DNA of 20,000 bases, taken from the IMG/VR virus record IMGVR_UViG_3300032050_009172; one strand, written 5' to 3'. The DNA is from an uncultured virus (IMG/VR IMGVR_UViG_3300032050_009172). Its lineage: Duplodnaviria; Heunggongvirae; Uroviricota; Caudoviricetes. Shown piece by piece: positions 6,181 to 14,671 of this stretch. The translations under genes and the position numbers were made by a program. The number at the start of each line of letters is the position of its first letter. Position 1 is the stretch's first letter. Under the pieces are notes generated by a model. The model did no database searches and was not told the DNA's origin. It worked only from the letters and a program-made list of their open reading frames with translations.

Positions 6181-6430
6181 CGACAGAACAGCCGGGTTGA
6201 CCAGCGAAGCCGCAGTAGCCGCAATTGGCAATCGCTATGACTTGGTGCTAGTGGCTTCTCGACGATTGCGCGAACTCAATCGCGGCGACATGCGAAAAGT
6301 TGCAAGTAAAAACAGCAACTCAGTGGCAGTACTTGAAGAAATTGAACAAGGCAAAATCACAAGAGACTATCTCTATCGCGAACAAGATTTAGAACCCCGA
6401 CGTAGACGTAGAACCAATGGATCTATCTAA
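6161..6430 (+). CDS. rpoZ: RNA polymerase omega subunit-like protein
   Basis: AVAAIGNRYDLVLVASRRLREL...VAVLEEIEQGKI resembles RpoZ ([21 protein letters not shown]...IALREIEEGLI). Confidence 0.88.
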   Translation: MKIIHSNDRTAGLTSEAAVAAIGNRYDLVLVASRRLRELNRGDMRKVASKNSNSVAVLEEIEQGKITRDYLYREQDLEPRRRRRTNGSI

Positions 6431-6842
6431 AGAAGACGGAGATAGAAGAAACAGTCTGCCTTACCCAATGGAGTTGGGCAGTCCTGCGTTTGCCCCTGTT
6501 CCTGTTGAACGAGAAAAAGATGTCATACTCAATGTAGGGCGAATGCATGCTCAACAAGAATATGACAGGATCATGCAACAAGTTGAAGTGTTAAAACAAC
6601 AGGCCGACGCACTTCAACAACGCCTGCATGTTAGTGAGATCATGCACGGCGTCAAGTACGGCTTACAACCTCGACATGGTAAAACTTACTATGTGTATTT
6701 TAACTCAATAAAAAACGAGCATTGGTTGAGTATGAATCATCCGCATCACTGGTGCGCTGGCCCTGGAGAACAGCACACCTACGTGATGGCAGTTAAAATG
6801 CTCGGCGACTCGACCTGGCAAGAAGTGCAATTAGACACATGA
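6417..6842 (+). CDS. DUF2452-like protein
   Basis: LPYP..LGSPAF, coiled coil, P..GKTYYVY, LSM...W, VKMLGDSTW. Confidence 0.7.
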   Translation: MDLSKEDGDRRNSLPYPMELGSPAFAPVPVEREKDVILNVGRMHAQQEYDRIMQQVEVLKQQADALQQRLHVSEIMHGVKYGLQPRHGKTYYVYFNSIKNEHWLSMNHPHHWCAGPGEQHTYVMAVKMLGDSTWQEVQLDT

Positions 6843-7708
6843 AAATACAACTACACGAAAATGGTTGGACTTCAATCATTACTGATATTGATTTACGTTC
6901 TGCTTCACAGCAAGAGATGAATACCATTGCTTGGCTTGCTGCCAAAGACACCGTGGTTGTGATACGCGATCAACACCTTTTGCCCGGAGACGAAGTTGAC
7001 ATCTGTGAAAAAATTGGTGCATGTGAGCAAGTGGCGCCGGCTAATACGCCAACACCGGGCACAAAATTAGTACAAGGCGGGCGTGGTAAAATTGTCAGAG
7101 TAGGTGGCGGTGGTCACCATCATGGACAACCAGGTGTGTTTGAACATGTGAGTGATCTAGATTGGCACTGCAATAGAACCGGTAGTGAAGACCGAGATCC
7201 GTTGATTTGGTTGTATTCAGTAAAAGATTCTGTTGGCAGCCGAACCAGTTGGATCAACAACATTTTGAGTTATCAAGATCTTGACCAAGAACTCAAAGAA
7301 CAAATCAAAGATTTAAAACTGGTCATGGGGTTTGATGCTAGGGTGATCTCTGAAGACACTTACACAATCACCAGTCGAGATTCAAATGCCATCAACCACA
7401 ATTGGTATCCAAGTTTGTTACACACCAACCAGGCTGGTGTCACAGGCATGTTTTTTTCGTTTTTACAAATTCATCAGATACTGGGTTTTGACAAAGACAA
7501 AAGCGATGCCCTAATTCAAAAATTACGACAACATGTGGAGCAAGAAAAATACACATATCACCACGATTGGCAAGACGGTGACATTGTGTTAAGTGAACAA
7601 TGGTTAAGTATTCACAAAAGATGGCGCTGTGAAAACATTCAGAATCGAGTGGTGCATCGCATTGCTCTTAACTTTGATCACTGCAACATTTCTAATACTT
7701 TAGTGTGA
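6839..7708 (+). CDS. TauD/TfdA-family Fe(II)/2OG dioxygenase-like protein
   Basis: VVVIRDQHL, WHCN, LY...GSRTSW, AYxxL-like SYQDL, YHHDWQDGDIVL...IHKR...RVVHR. Confidence 0.85.
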   Translation: MKIQLHENGWTSIITDIDLRSASQQEMNTIAWLAAKDTVVVIRDQHLLPGDEVDICEKIGACEQVAPANTPTPGTKLVQGGRGKIVRVGGGGHHHGQPGVFEHVSDLDWHCNRTGSEDRDPLIWLYSVKDSVGSRTSWINNILSYQDLDQELKEQIKDLKLVMGFDARVISEDTYTITSRDSNAINHNWYPSLLHTNQAGVTGMFFSFLQIHQILGFDKDKSDALIQKLRQHVEQEKYTYHHDWQDGDIVLSEQWLSIHKRWRCENIQNRVVHRIALNFDHCNISNTLV

Positions 7709-7737
7709 TTGACCAAAAATTCCTGATCTGCTATAAT
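7709..7737 (+). promoter_or_regulatory. Sigma70-type early promoter
   Basis: TTGACC-17 nt-TATAAT with extended TG. Confidence 0.8.
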
Positions 7738-7763
7738 TACACATTAACAGAAAGGAGTGCAAA

Positions 7764-7997
7764 ATGAGAATTGAAACTGTAAACGGTCGCAACCTTGTTT
7801 GTGGCCACTTCTTCCCGGCCGACGAGCTTGCAAGCGGTCAACGCTGGGCACCTGCCGACGGCAGTAACCGCGAAGTCAAAATTGTCACAGTAGACGGTGA
7901 CTGGATTGAATACGAATGGCAAGACAATGGTGAGAGAAAAACTCATCAAAAATTAGCATTTGCATTTCAGTGCCGTTATTGTAAAGTAGTAGAATAA
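7764..7997 (+). CDS. Hypothetical protein, 77 aa
   Basis: AAAGGAG RBS, downstream of promoter. Confidence 0.8.
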   Translation: MRIETVNGRNLVCGHFFPADELASGQRWAPADGSNREVKIVTVDGDWIEYEWQDNGERKTHQKLAFAFQCRYCKVVE

Positions 7998-8008
7998 AAA
8001 GGAGGCAC

Positions 8009-8629
8009 ATGATGCCAGCAACATTTTTGGTAAGCGACACGCATTTTGGTCATGTTGGCGTGTGCAAGTTTACACACCCAGATGATGACACTGTGAAATT
8101 GCGTCCGTGGGATGATCCTGCAGAGATGGATGAGGAAATGATCCGCCGTTGGAACGACCGTGTTCGTCCATCAGACAAGGTCTACCATTTGGGTGACGTG
8201 GTTATTAACCGCAAGGCATTGCCTACGTTACATCGCTTGAACGGCGACAAGGTATTGATCCGCGGCAACCATGATATCTTCCGTGATGATGAGTACCGCA
8301 GGTACTTTCGTGAATTGCGAGCATATCATGTGTTGAACGGAATGATCTTGAGTCACATTCCTGTGCATGAATCTAGCTTGGGTCGCTTTGGTGTAAACAT
8401 CCACGGACACTTGCACGCCACTCGAGTTAAGAAAGCTCGTGGTGTTGATGCCCGTACAGGAGAGATCTTGTATGGCACAGAACTGGATGTGCGGTATCAT
8501 TGCGTATGTGTGGAGCAGACTGATTTTGCGCCTATCTTGTTGGAAGATGTGTACAAACGCATTGAAGCAGAAGGTGGACGGATTGGCTTGCAAAACGGCA
8601 ATTTCAAAACTGAGCATCATGTAGATTAA
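8009..8629 (+). CDS. Calcineurin-like metallophosphoesterase
   Basis: SDTHFGH, HLGDV, RGNHD, LSHIP, IHGHLH; AAGGAGG RBS. Confidence 0.92.
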   Translation: MMPATFLVSDTHFGHVGVCKFTHPDDDTVKLRPWDDPAEMDEEMIRRWNDRVRPSDKVYHLGDVVINRKALPTLHRLNGDKVLIRGNHDIFRDDEYRRYFRELRAYHVLNGMILSHIPVHESSLGRFGVNIHGHLHATRVKKARGVDARTGEILYGTELDVRYHCVCVEQTDFAPILLEDVYKRIEAEGGRIGLQNGNFKTEHHVD

Positions 8630-8630
8630 A

Positions 8631-8733
8631 GGCGGCTTTCTGCCTAGCCCTCTGCTTGTGAAAGTATGGTGAAGTGATAGGGTACAGATCAGAACGGCTG
8701 ACACCATAGTTCAGCACCGGAGTCGTAACCGGT
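8631..8733 (+). ncRNA. Putative pseudoknotted structured RNA
   Basis: Several stems, GTGA tetraloop, TATGGTG/CACCATA 7-nt perfect complement to a hairpin loop. Confidence 0.55.
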
Positions 8734-8748
8734 AATTTTATTACAATT

Positions 8749-9660
8749 ATGAAATTAACTTTAGATCCAAACGGCTGGGTAGTGCATGTAGATCAACTAA
8801 ACGTGCTAGATGTAAACAGCACCGAACGCGATCAATTAAGAACGCTACCTTATACCAACTTGCTGGTTGTAATCCATAACACGCAACCGTTAACCATTGA
8901 TCAATATCATCAATTTACTTCTGGTGTGTTTGATGATCTCAATAACGATCTTCCAGCCAAAGAAAAAATATTTGTCGAACAAACCAACAAAGAAATTATC
9001 AGAGTCACTGGTAAGAAAGATGTCCACGGTGAAATCACTGGATTATTTGGCATGCCAGATGATTTGCCTTGGCACTGCAACGAACCAGGAAGAACTGCCG
9101 CAGAACGTCCCGATGCTTTGTGTTTGTACGGGGTAGAACATACTGAAGGCAGCATCACAGGATTTACCAACAGCATACAAGCATTAAACGATCTTAGGCA
9201 AGCAACCGATACACCAGTTGGACTATTAAGAAGTCTGGATCAGCTCATGTGTTATTACAATTACTCAGGCAGTACAGATAACGGGCCTATGGCTGCAGAC
9301 GTTAACTATCAAGGCAGAACAGGATTTAACAAATTTGTTACTCAAAACAAATCAGGGGCCACGGGCATCCATTGGTCACCCATGCAAAATCCAATATTCT
9401 ATATTGGCAAAACACCAGTTCCAAACGCTGGACAACAAGCATGGTTCAGTTATCTGTACAAATTTCTAACTCAGCCCAAGTACCAGTACGCTCATCATTG
9501 GCAAGACTATGAAATAATTATCAATTGCCAGTGGTTGAGCATGCATGCTCGTCCTGCATTTGAAAATATTGAAAACCGTCTGTTGTGGAGAGCCATGGGC
9601 TATGTTAGCCCATTTGATGGGTCAGCGATTGATACTGGCCAGCTTGAATTGCGCCAGTAG
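8749..9660 (+). CDS. Second TauD/TfdA-family dioxygenase-like protein
   Basis: WHCNE, LCLYG...GSITGF, YAHHWQDYEIII...MHAR...RLLWR; paralog of 6839..7708. Confidence 0.82.
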   Translation: MKLTLDPNGWVVHVDQLNVLDVNSTERDQLRTLPYTNLLVVIHNTQPLTIDQYHQFTSGVFDDLNNDLPAKEKIFVEQTNKEIIRVTGKKDVHGEITGLFGMPDDLPWHCNEPGRTAAERPDALCLYGVEHTEGSITGFTNSIQALNDLRQATDTPVGLLRSLDQLMCYYNYSGSTDNGPMAADVNYQGRTGFNKFVTQNKSGATGIHWSPMQNPIFYIGKTPVPNAGQQAWFSYLYKFLTQPKYQYAHHWQDYEIIINCQWLSMHARPAFENIENRLLWRAMGYVSPFDGSAIDTGQLELRQ

Positions 9661-10404
9661 TTCAATTATTCTGGCAGGTGGGTCAATTTCATACCAGCGT
9701 TGACTGAATCTATAGTTGGCTGCATTTTGATGATGGTTCTTGTGCCAAGCTTCGCCATTGTTGATGTTTAATAACACCATCAGCACACTGTTACTGCTGG
9801 TGTCATCATTGTGTATAGGTAGCAAGAACCAAGGTGTGCGATGACACAATGAATTGATTGTGTGAAGTTTGAACACTGTGAGTCCAATTACTGCTATCCA
9901 TAATCCTACCAGGGCAGGATCAATTGCAAATAACAATGCAAACCAAACTATGTTGAGGGCCCAGTACCAATGATAAAACCAAAGATGGCGAGAATCTCTA
10001 CCAAGGTCCACAATGTATTTGGTTTTGACTTGATTGAAATAGCTCAAAAATTGAATAGCCCACCGACTCTTATGATATGGAGAATGTGGATCACGGTCAG
10101 TGTCACAATGTGCATGATGTTCGCGATGAATTCCCACCCATCCAATGCTGTTGCCTACTAGGCACAAGGTAAATACAACAAGTCCATACAAATCAACTAC
10201 TGAACTAGGTTTCCAGGCGCGATGACACCAGGCGCGATGCGCAAACATAGTGATGTGAATTCCCATAAACCAACTGGTCAATAGCACAACAAAAAATGTA
10301 GTCCATGACCAGTTTATTGTCAACCAGATCACTGTCCAAATTGGAAATAACATGCCAACGGAACTGAGTGCCACTGGGTCGATCAAGGAGCGAGAGATTT
10401 TCAT
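9622..10404 (-). CDS. Membrane fatty-acid desaturase (delta-9/DesC-like)
   Basis: His boxes HRAWCH, HREHH, EAWHKNHH; DPHSP; W-x-x-DP. Confidence 0.9.
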   Translation of the reverse strand: MKISRSLIDPVALSSVGMLFPIWTVIWLTINWSWTTFFVVLLTSWFMGIHITMFAHRAWCHRAWKPSSVVDLYGLVVFTLCLVGNSIGWVGIHREHHAHCDTDRDPHSPYHKSRWAIQFLSYFNQVKTKYIVDLGRDSRHLWFYHWYWALNIVWFALLFAIDPALVGLWIAVIGLTVFKLHTINSLCHRTPWFLLPIHNDDTSSNSVLMVLLNINNGEAWHKNHHQNAANYRFSQRWYEIDPPARIIELLAQFKLASINR

Positions 10405-10410
10405 ATGAAA

Positions 10411-10440
10411 TATTTATTTGCTCGCACACTAACTTAAATA
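10411..10440. promoter_or_regulatory. Back-to-back TAAATA late-type promoters
   Basis: TAAATA on - strand (10411-10416) and + strand (10435-10440), 6 and 5 nt from the divergent ATGs. Confidence 0.65.
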
Positions 10441-10445
10441 ATCGC

Positions 10446-11147
10446 ATGCACAAACCAATTGTTTTTTTAGGCACCAGTACAAACTTAGAAATTTTTATAA
10501 GAGTGTGTACTCTTCGTAACATACCCGTTGCAGGTATTGTTGACAGTGATTATTACAGGAACACTGATACTAAAAATGGATTGCCTGTGATTGGAAGCGA
10601 AGACTCGTTTGATTTTGAGGCTGCTCGAGACCAGTATGATTTTTTTGTTGGAATGTCTTGGTCAAGTCTTGATCTAAGATCGAAATCCAAAAGACTTGCG
10701 TATATTGATCTGATTGATCAACATAAACTCAACTGTGCAACGCTGATACATCCAGCCAGTGAGGTGTATGACGAAGCAGAAATTGGCCCAGGGTGCTATA
10801 TTGGATTCAACGCCGGAGTAGCACATTATACAAAGATTGGTGCTCACAGCCGAATACATAATTCTACTACTGTTGCGCATCATACCACTATTGGAAAAAA
10901 TTGCATCCTACATGAATTTGTAAAAATTTGTAGTAGAGTAACATTAGGTGACAATGTGTTAATTCACCCTGACACTGCAATTGTAGGGTACGGCAAATTT
11001 AACAATGAGCGCGGACCAAATATTGGTAGTAATGCTGAACTACATCCTCGAATCACTGTTACTAGAGATGTAGAACCGGGAGAGATTGTTTCTTTGGCTG
11101 GTGGCAACAACACTAGAAGAATCTATGGCGAGGTAGTAAGATCATGA
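10446..11147 (+). CDS. Hexapeptide-repeat acyltransferase, PglD/NeuD-like
   Basis: N-terminal Rossmann-like domain (GLPVIG), ATLIHPAS, repeated IG hexapeptides; start reassigned to MHKPIVFLG. Confidence 0.85.
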   Translation: MHKPIVFLGTSTNLEIFIRVCTLRNIPVAGIVDSDYYRNTDTKNGLPVIGSEDSFDFEAARDQYDFFVGMSWSSLDLRSKSKRLAYIDLIDQHKLNCATLIHPASEVYDEAEIGPGCYIGFNAGVAHYTKIGAHSRIHNSTTVAHHTTIGKNCILHEFVKICSRVTLGDNVLIHPDTAIVGYGKFNNERGPNIGSNAELHPRITVTRDVEPGEIVSLAGGNNTRRIYGEVVRS

Positions 11148-11875
11148 AACGCATAAACTGGTTGTTTGTTTTTCAAACCATGTGCATAGCTGCCTTGGTG
11201 TGCCTAATGGTGAATGGTGAATGGTGGCAATGGGCCGTAGCGTTTGGCGTATACGTTGTAACTGGCAGTATTGGTGCCAGTGCAACTTTTCACAGACTAT
11301 TGAGTCATAGAAGTTATAAAGCACCTGCTTGGTGGGAATACCTTGGCACCATAATTGGCACTCTCGGTGGAGTGGGCTCTAGTATTGCTTGGGTTGCCAT
11401 ACATCGTGAACATCATAAATTTGTGGATACCGAACGCGATCCCCACAGTCCCTTGCACAAAGGATTCTTCCGTGTGCAATTTTTAATCATGTTCAATCAG
11501 CCCAGTCTTAGAATGGTTACTGATCTCATGCGCAGTAGATTTCATGCATTCATGCACAATTACTATTGGGCCATACACGGTGCGTATGCTGTGATACTGT
11601 ATGCTATAGATCCAATGGCTGTGGTCTATGCTCACTTGGTGCCTGCTTTGTTTTTATTCCATGCAGGCGGTTTGATCAACAACATTGGTCACACCATAGG
11701 CTGGCAAGATTATCCTGGCAAAGATACCAGTGTTAACAATCCTATTTTAGGTGTACTTGTGTGGGGCGAAGGATGGCACAACAATCATCATGCCAATCCC
11801 AGTGACTGGCGCTTTGGACTAAAGTGGTGGCAAATTGATGTTGCTGGATATTTAATTAGACTGGTCAAACAATGA
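11144..11875 (+). CDS. Membrane fatty-acid desaturase (delta-9/DesC-like)
   Basis: HRLLSHRSY, HREHH, DPHSP, GEGWHNNHH, WWQID. Confidence 0.93.
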   Translation: MKRINWLFVFQTMCIAALVCLMVNGEWWQWAVAFGVYVVTGSIGASATFHRLLSHRSYKAPAWWEYLGTIIGTLGGVGSSIAWVAIHREHHKFVDTERDPHSPLHKGFFRVQFLIMFNQPSLRMVTDLMRSRFHAFMHNYYWAIHGAYAVILYAIDPMAVVYAHLVPALFLFHAGGLINNIGHTIGWQDYPGKDTSVNNPILGVLVWGEGWHNNHHANPSDWRFGLKWWQIDVAGYLIRLVKQ

Positions 11876-12603
11876 AAACACGAAAACAACTTCCAGCGTT
11901 TGGCTATCTGAACAATTTTCACATAGACACACCACAATTGATCAAACACTTGAAAGACAACAGTCTCCTAGACTGGGATCACTATGTTGATGTCAAGGCC
12001 AGTACTGATGGTGCATTCACTCCATTCATCAAAGCCAACCAATGGACCTTGGATAATTTGTTTAAAGAAGCAGATGCACCCAGTTTGGAAAGTGAAAAAT
12101 TTAGACAGATACAACTTACTGAGTTTGACAAATCAAAAAGCCGTGGGCCTGTGGAAGTTAAAGCCACAACCATGATAGAACGAGTCAAGCGTCAGGATCC
12201 CAATGATCCTCGGTATGTGCCCGAAGCTGACGATCTCAACTACGGAGTACGCACCAACATGGTGACTGGTGAGATTGAACGGATTTTTGACATGTTTACC
12301 AGTCGAATTACTAGAGCAAGACTGGCATACCTAGGAGCAGGTCACGAAATCAAACCGCACTTTGATTATGACCCCAGTTATGTCACAAGGTTTCACATTC
12401 CTGTGCTGACTCACCCTGACGTCAGTATGTTTATGCTAACCAAACAAGGCATACAAGAACAGCACCTACCAGCAGACGGTCGTGTTTATTTTTTCAACGC
12501 AGGTCTAAAGCACTGGGTAAAAAATAACAGCCCACATCCAAGACTGCACTTTATCATTGATGTGCATGGGCAAAGCGAGCTGGAGCATTTGATCCCAATG
12601 TAA
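11872..12603 (+). CDS. Aspartyl/asparaginyl beta-hydroxylase-like 2OG-Fe(II) oxygenase
   Basis: IKPHFD, RFHIPVLT, FFNAGLKHWVKN, RLHFIID. Confidence 0.85.
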   Translation: MKTRKQLPAFGYLNNFHIDTPQLIKHLKDNSLLDWDHYVDVKASTDGAFTPFIKANQWTLDNLFKEADAPSLESEKFRQIQLTEFDKSKSRGPVEVKATTMIERVKRQDPNDPRYVPEADDLNYGVRTNMVTGEIERIFDMFTSRITRARLAYLGAGHEIKPHFDYDPSYVTRFHIPVLTHPDVSMFMLTKQGIQEQHLPADGRVYFFNAGLKHWVKNNSPHPRLHFIIDVHGQSELEHLIPM

Positions 12604-12645
12604 TACTAGAGTACTACATTTCAAAAGGTAATACTCAAGTGTTAC
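12600..12645. repeat. Two imperfect 18-bp palindromes (GTAATACT-NN-AGTRYTAC)
   Basis: GTAATACTAGAGTACTAC (12600) and GTAATACTCAAGTGTTAC (12628). Confidence 0.65.
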
Positions 12646-12648
12646 AAT

Positions 12649-12677
12649 AGCCCTACAACATGTAGGGCTTTTTTTTT
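12649..12677 (+). terminator. Intrinsic terminator
   Basis: AGCCCTACA-ACA-TGTAGGGCT followed by T-run. Confidence 0.85.
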
Positions 12678-12680
12678 GGT

Positions 12681-12709
12681 TTGACCAATAAATCCCTATC
12701 TGCTACAAT
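12681..12709 (+). promoter_or_regulatory. Sigma70-type early promoter
   Basis: TTGACC-AATAAATCCCTATCTGC-TACAAT. Confidence 0.8.
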
Positions 12710-12739
12710 AGTGGCATACAAAGCAAAAAGGAGCCTGGA

Positions 12740-13003
12740 ATGAAGCAACTAAATGAAAGTCAAAAACGCGATATCCACATGTATGGCATGACCGAAGCAG
12801 AATTGCGCGAAGAAGTTGAGCAAGACCTGATCTATCGTTATTCTAGTCCTGCTACGTTGGTAGCCAGTTTGATGAGTGATGCCCAGGAAATGATCGACTC
12901 GGAATATGGTAAGGTTAACGCCAAGCGTGCCGACTATGCTCGTCAATTTTTGAACCGCGCCAAGTGGGTTTTGTTTGAATATTGCATGAAGGAGACTGCA
13001 TAA
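12740..13003 (+). CDS. Hypothetical protein, 87 aa
   Basis: AAGGAG RBS. Confidence 0.8.
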   Translation: MKQLNESQKRDIHMYGMTEAELREEVEQDLIYRYSSPATLVASLMSDAQEMIDSEYGKVNAKRADYARQFLNRAKWVLFEYCMKETA

Positions 13004-13284
13004 TGAGTAATTTTTCTGAACTAAGAGATTTCTACGTGGAGCTGGTCACACAGACGCATTTTTACGATCCTTACACTCGCCTTGTCAAGGTGTTTAATCC
13101 AGCCGCTGTCACATACGAAGATTATAAAAATACTCTGCTTGCCAAATCACCCAGTGGACACCATATTTGTTATTACATGACACTGTCTGACTCTAGAAAA
13201 GACATTGACAGCTGGCTGTTGTGGACCGAAAAAGATTTCCGTCAAGCCAAACGAATTCAACCTTACCTTGAAGGAACTGTATAA
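13003..13284 (+). CDS. Hypothetical protein, 93 aa
   Basis: AAGGAG RBS; TAATG coupling at both ends. Confidence 0.75.
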   Translation: MSNFSELRDFYVELVTQTHFYDPYTRLVKVFNPAAVTYEDYKNTLLAKSPSGHHICYYMTLSDSRKDIDSWLLWTEKDFRQAKRIQPYLEGTV

Positions 13285-13460
13285 TGAGTAGAATGAGCGA
13301 ACTTAGCATTGACATCCAATCCATGCTGGAAGAAGGCCACGAACCTCGTGCCATTGCACGATATCTTGAGATCCCTGTGGAGTGGGTCTACGAACAACTG
13401 TCGCAAGAAAGCGACAATCACGAAGAATTGTTTAGTCCTTTTGAGACTTGCAATAGTTGA
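13284..13460 (+). CDS. Small acidic hypothetical protein, 58 aa (absent from ORF track)
   Basis: MSRMSELSIDIQSMLEEGHEPRAIARYLEIPVEWVYEQ...SPFETCNS; AAGGA RBS; TAATG coupling; HTH-like segment. Confidence 0.75.
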   Translation: MSRMSELSIDIQSMLEEGHEPRAIARYLEIPVEWVYEQLSQESDNHEELFSPFETCNS

Positions 13461-13485
13461 CCAATAAATCAACTTCAGTTATACT
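13457..13485 (+). promoter_or_regulatory. Sigma70-type early promoter
   Basis: TTGACC-AATAAATCAACTTCAGT-TATACT. Confidence 0.78.
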
Positions 13486-13519
13486 AACGGCTTACTAACA
13501 CATTTTAAGGACACAGCCC

Positions 13520-14605
13520 ATGTCAGATACCCGCACCGTCAATTCCGTCCAGGCACGTAAAAGCCTGCTCAAAGCATTTAAAGTTCAGCGTCCGTTGTTC
13601 CTGTGGGGTCCTCCCGGCATCGGCAAGTCAGAGCTGGTTGAGGGCATTACTAAAGAACTTGACGGACTCATGATTGACCTCCGCTTGGGTCAGATGGAGC
13701 CCACAGACATCCGTGGCATTCCCTATTACAACAAAGACAAAGGTGTCATGGATTGGGCACCTCCTGTGGAATTGCCTGATGAGGCTACTGCCAGCCAGTA
13801 TCCCATTGTGGTACTGTTCTTGGACGAGCTCAACTCTGCGGCTCCGTCAGTGCAGAGTGCCGCATACCAGTTGATTCTGAATCGACGCATTGGCAAGTAC
13901 CACTTGCCCAAGAACGTTGTGATGGTTGCCGCAGGTAACCGTGAGTCGGACAAGGGTGTTACCTACCGCATGCCTACTCCGCTTGCAAACCGTTTCCTGC
14001 ACCAGGAAATGAAAGTGGACTTTGCCAGCTACCAAGACTGGGCTGTTAAAAACAAAATCCACAAGGACGTGGTGGGTTACTTGAGTTTTGCCAAGCAGGA
14101 CTTGTACGACTTTGATGCCAAGAGTTCTAGCCGTGCCTTTGCTACTCCACGTACCTGGACCTTTGTGAGCCAGCTGTTGGAGGACGAGGATGGAGACAAT
14201 GATACCCTTACCAACTTGATTGCTGGTACTGTGGGCGAAGGTCTTGCAGTTAAGTTCATGGCCCACCGCAAGGTGTCCAGCAAGATGCCCAACCCTGCAG
14301 ATGTGTTGGCAGGCAAGGTCAAGGACTTGAACGTGAAAGAGGTCAGTGCCATGTACTCACTGGTTATCTCCATGTGCTATGAGCTCAAGGATGCAGTGGA
14401 GAAGAAGGTTGAGGACAAGAAGTTCCATGAGATGGCGGATAACTTCCTGGGTTTCATGATGAAGAACTTTGAGACTGAGCTCACTGTGATGGGTGCTCGT
14501 ATTGCACTTACCACATACGACTTGCCGTTCTTGCCCACCAAGCTCAAGAACTTTGACGAGTTCCACAGCAAATACGGCAAGTACATCTTGCAGGCATCAG
14601 CCTAA
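13520..14605 (+). CDS. MoxR-like AAA+ ATPase
   Basis: Walker A GPPGIGKS, Walker B LFLDELN, sensor AAGNR, Arg finger LANRF, TPRTW. Confidence 0.92.
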   Translation: MSDTRTVNSVQARKSLLKAFKVQRPLFLWGPPGIGKSELVEGITKELDGLMIDLRLGQMEPTDIRGIPYYNKDKGVMDWAPPVELPDEATASQYPIVVLFLDELNSAAPSVQSAAYQLILNRRIGKYHLPKNVVMVAAGNRESDKGVTYRMPTPLANRFLHQEMKVDFASYQDWAVKNKIHKDVVGYLSFAKQDLYDFDAKSSSRAFATPRTWTFVSQLLEDEDGDNDTLTNLIAGTVGEGLAVKFMAHRKVSSKMPNPADVLAGKVKDLNVKEVSAMYSLVISMCYELKDAVEKKVEDKKFHEMADNFLGFMMKNFETELTVMGARIALTTYDLPFLPTKLKNFDEFHSKYGKYILQASA

Positions 14606-14608
14606 TAT

Positions 14609-14666
14609 AAGAGAGGGCTGTGTAGATTAAATACACGGGCTGTGGACTACACGGCTCTCTCTTTTT
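14609..14666 (+). terminator. Long terminator-like hairpin with TAAATA in its loop
   Basis: AAGAGAGGGCTGTGTAG/CTACACGGCTCTCTCTT 17-bp stem (2 G-U), T-run; TAAATA at 14628. Confidence 0.65.
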
Positions 14667-14671
14667 AGAGT

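Noticed and set aside
8721..8734. AGTCGTAAC match to the 16S rRNA 3' region
   Set aside because: Only 9 nt; no other rRNA similarity visible
9622..9660. 39-nt 3' overlap of convergent TauD-like and desaturase genes
   Set aside because: Ordinary for compact phage genomes; no further structure seen
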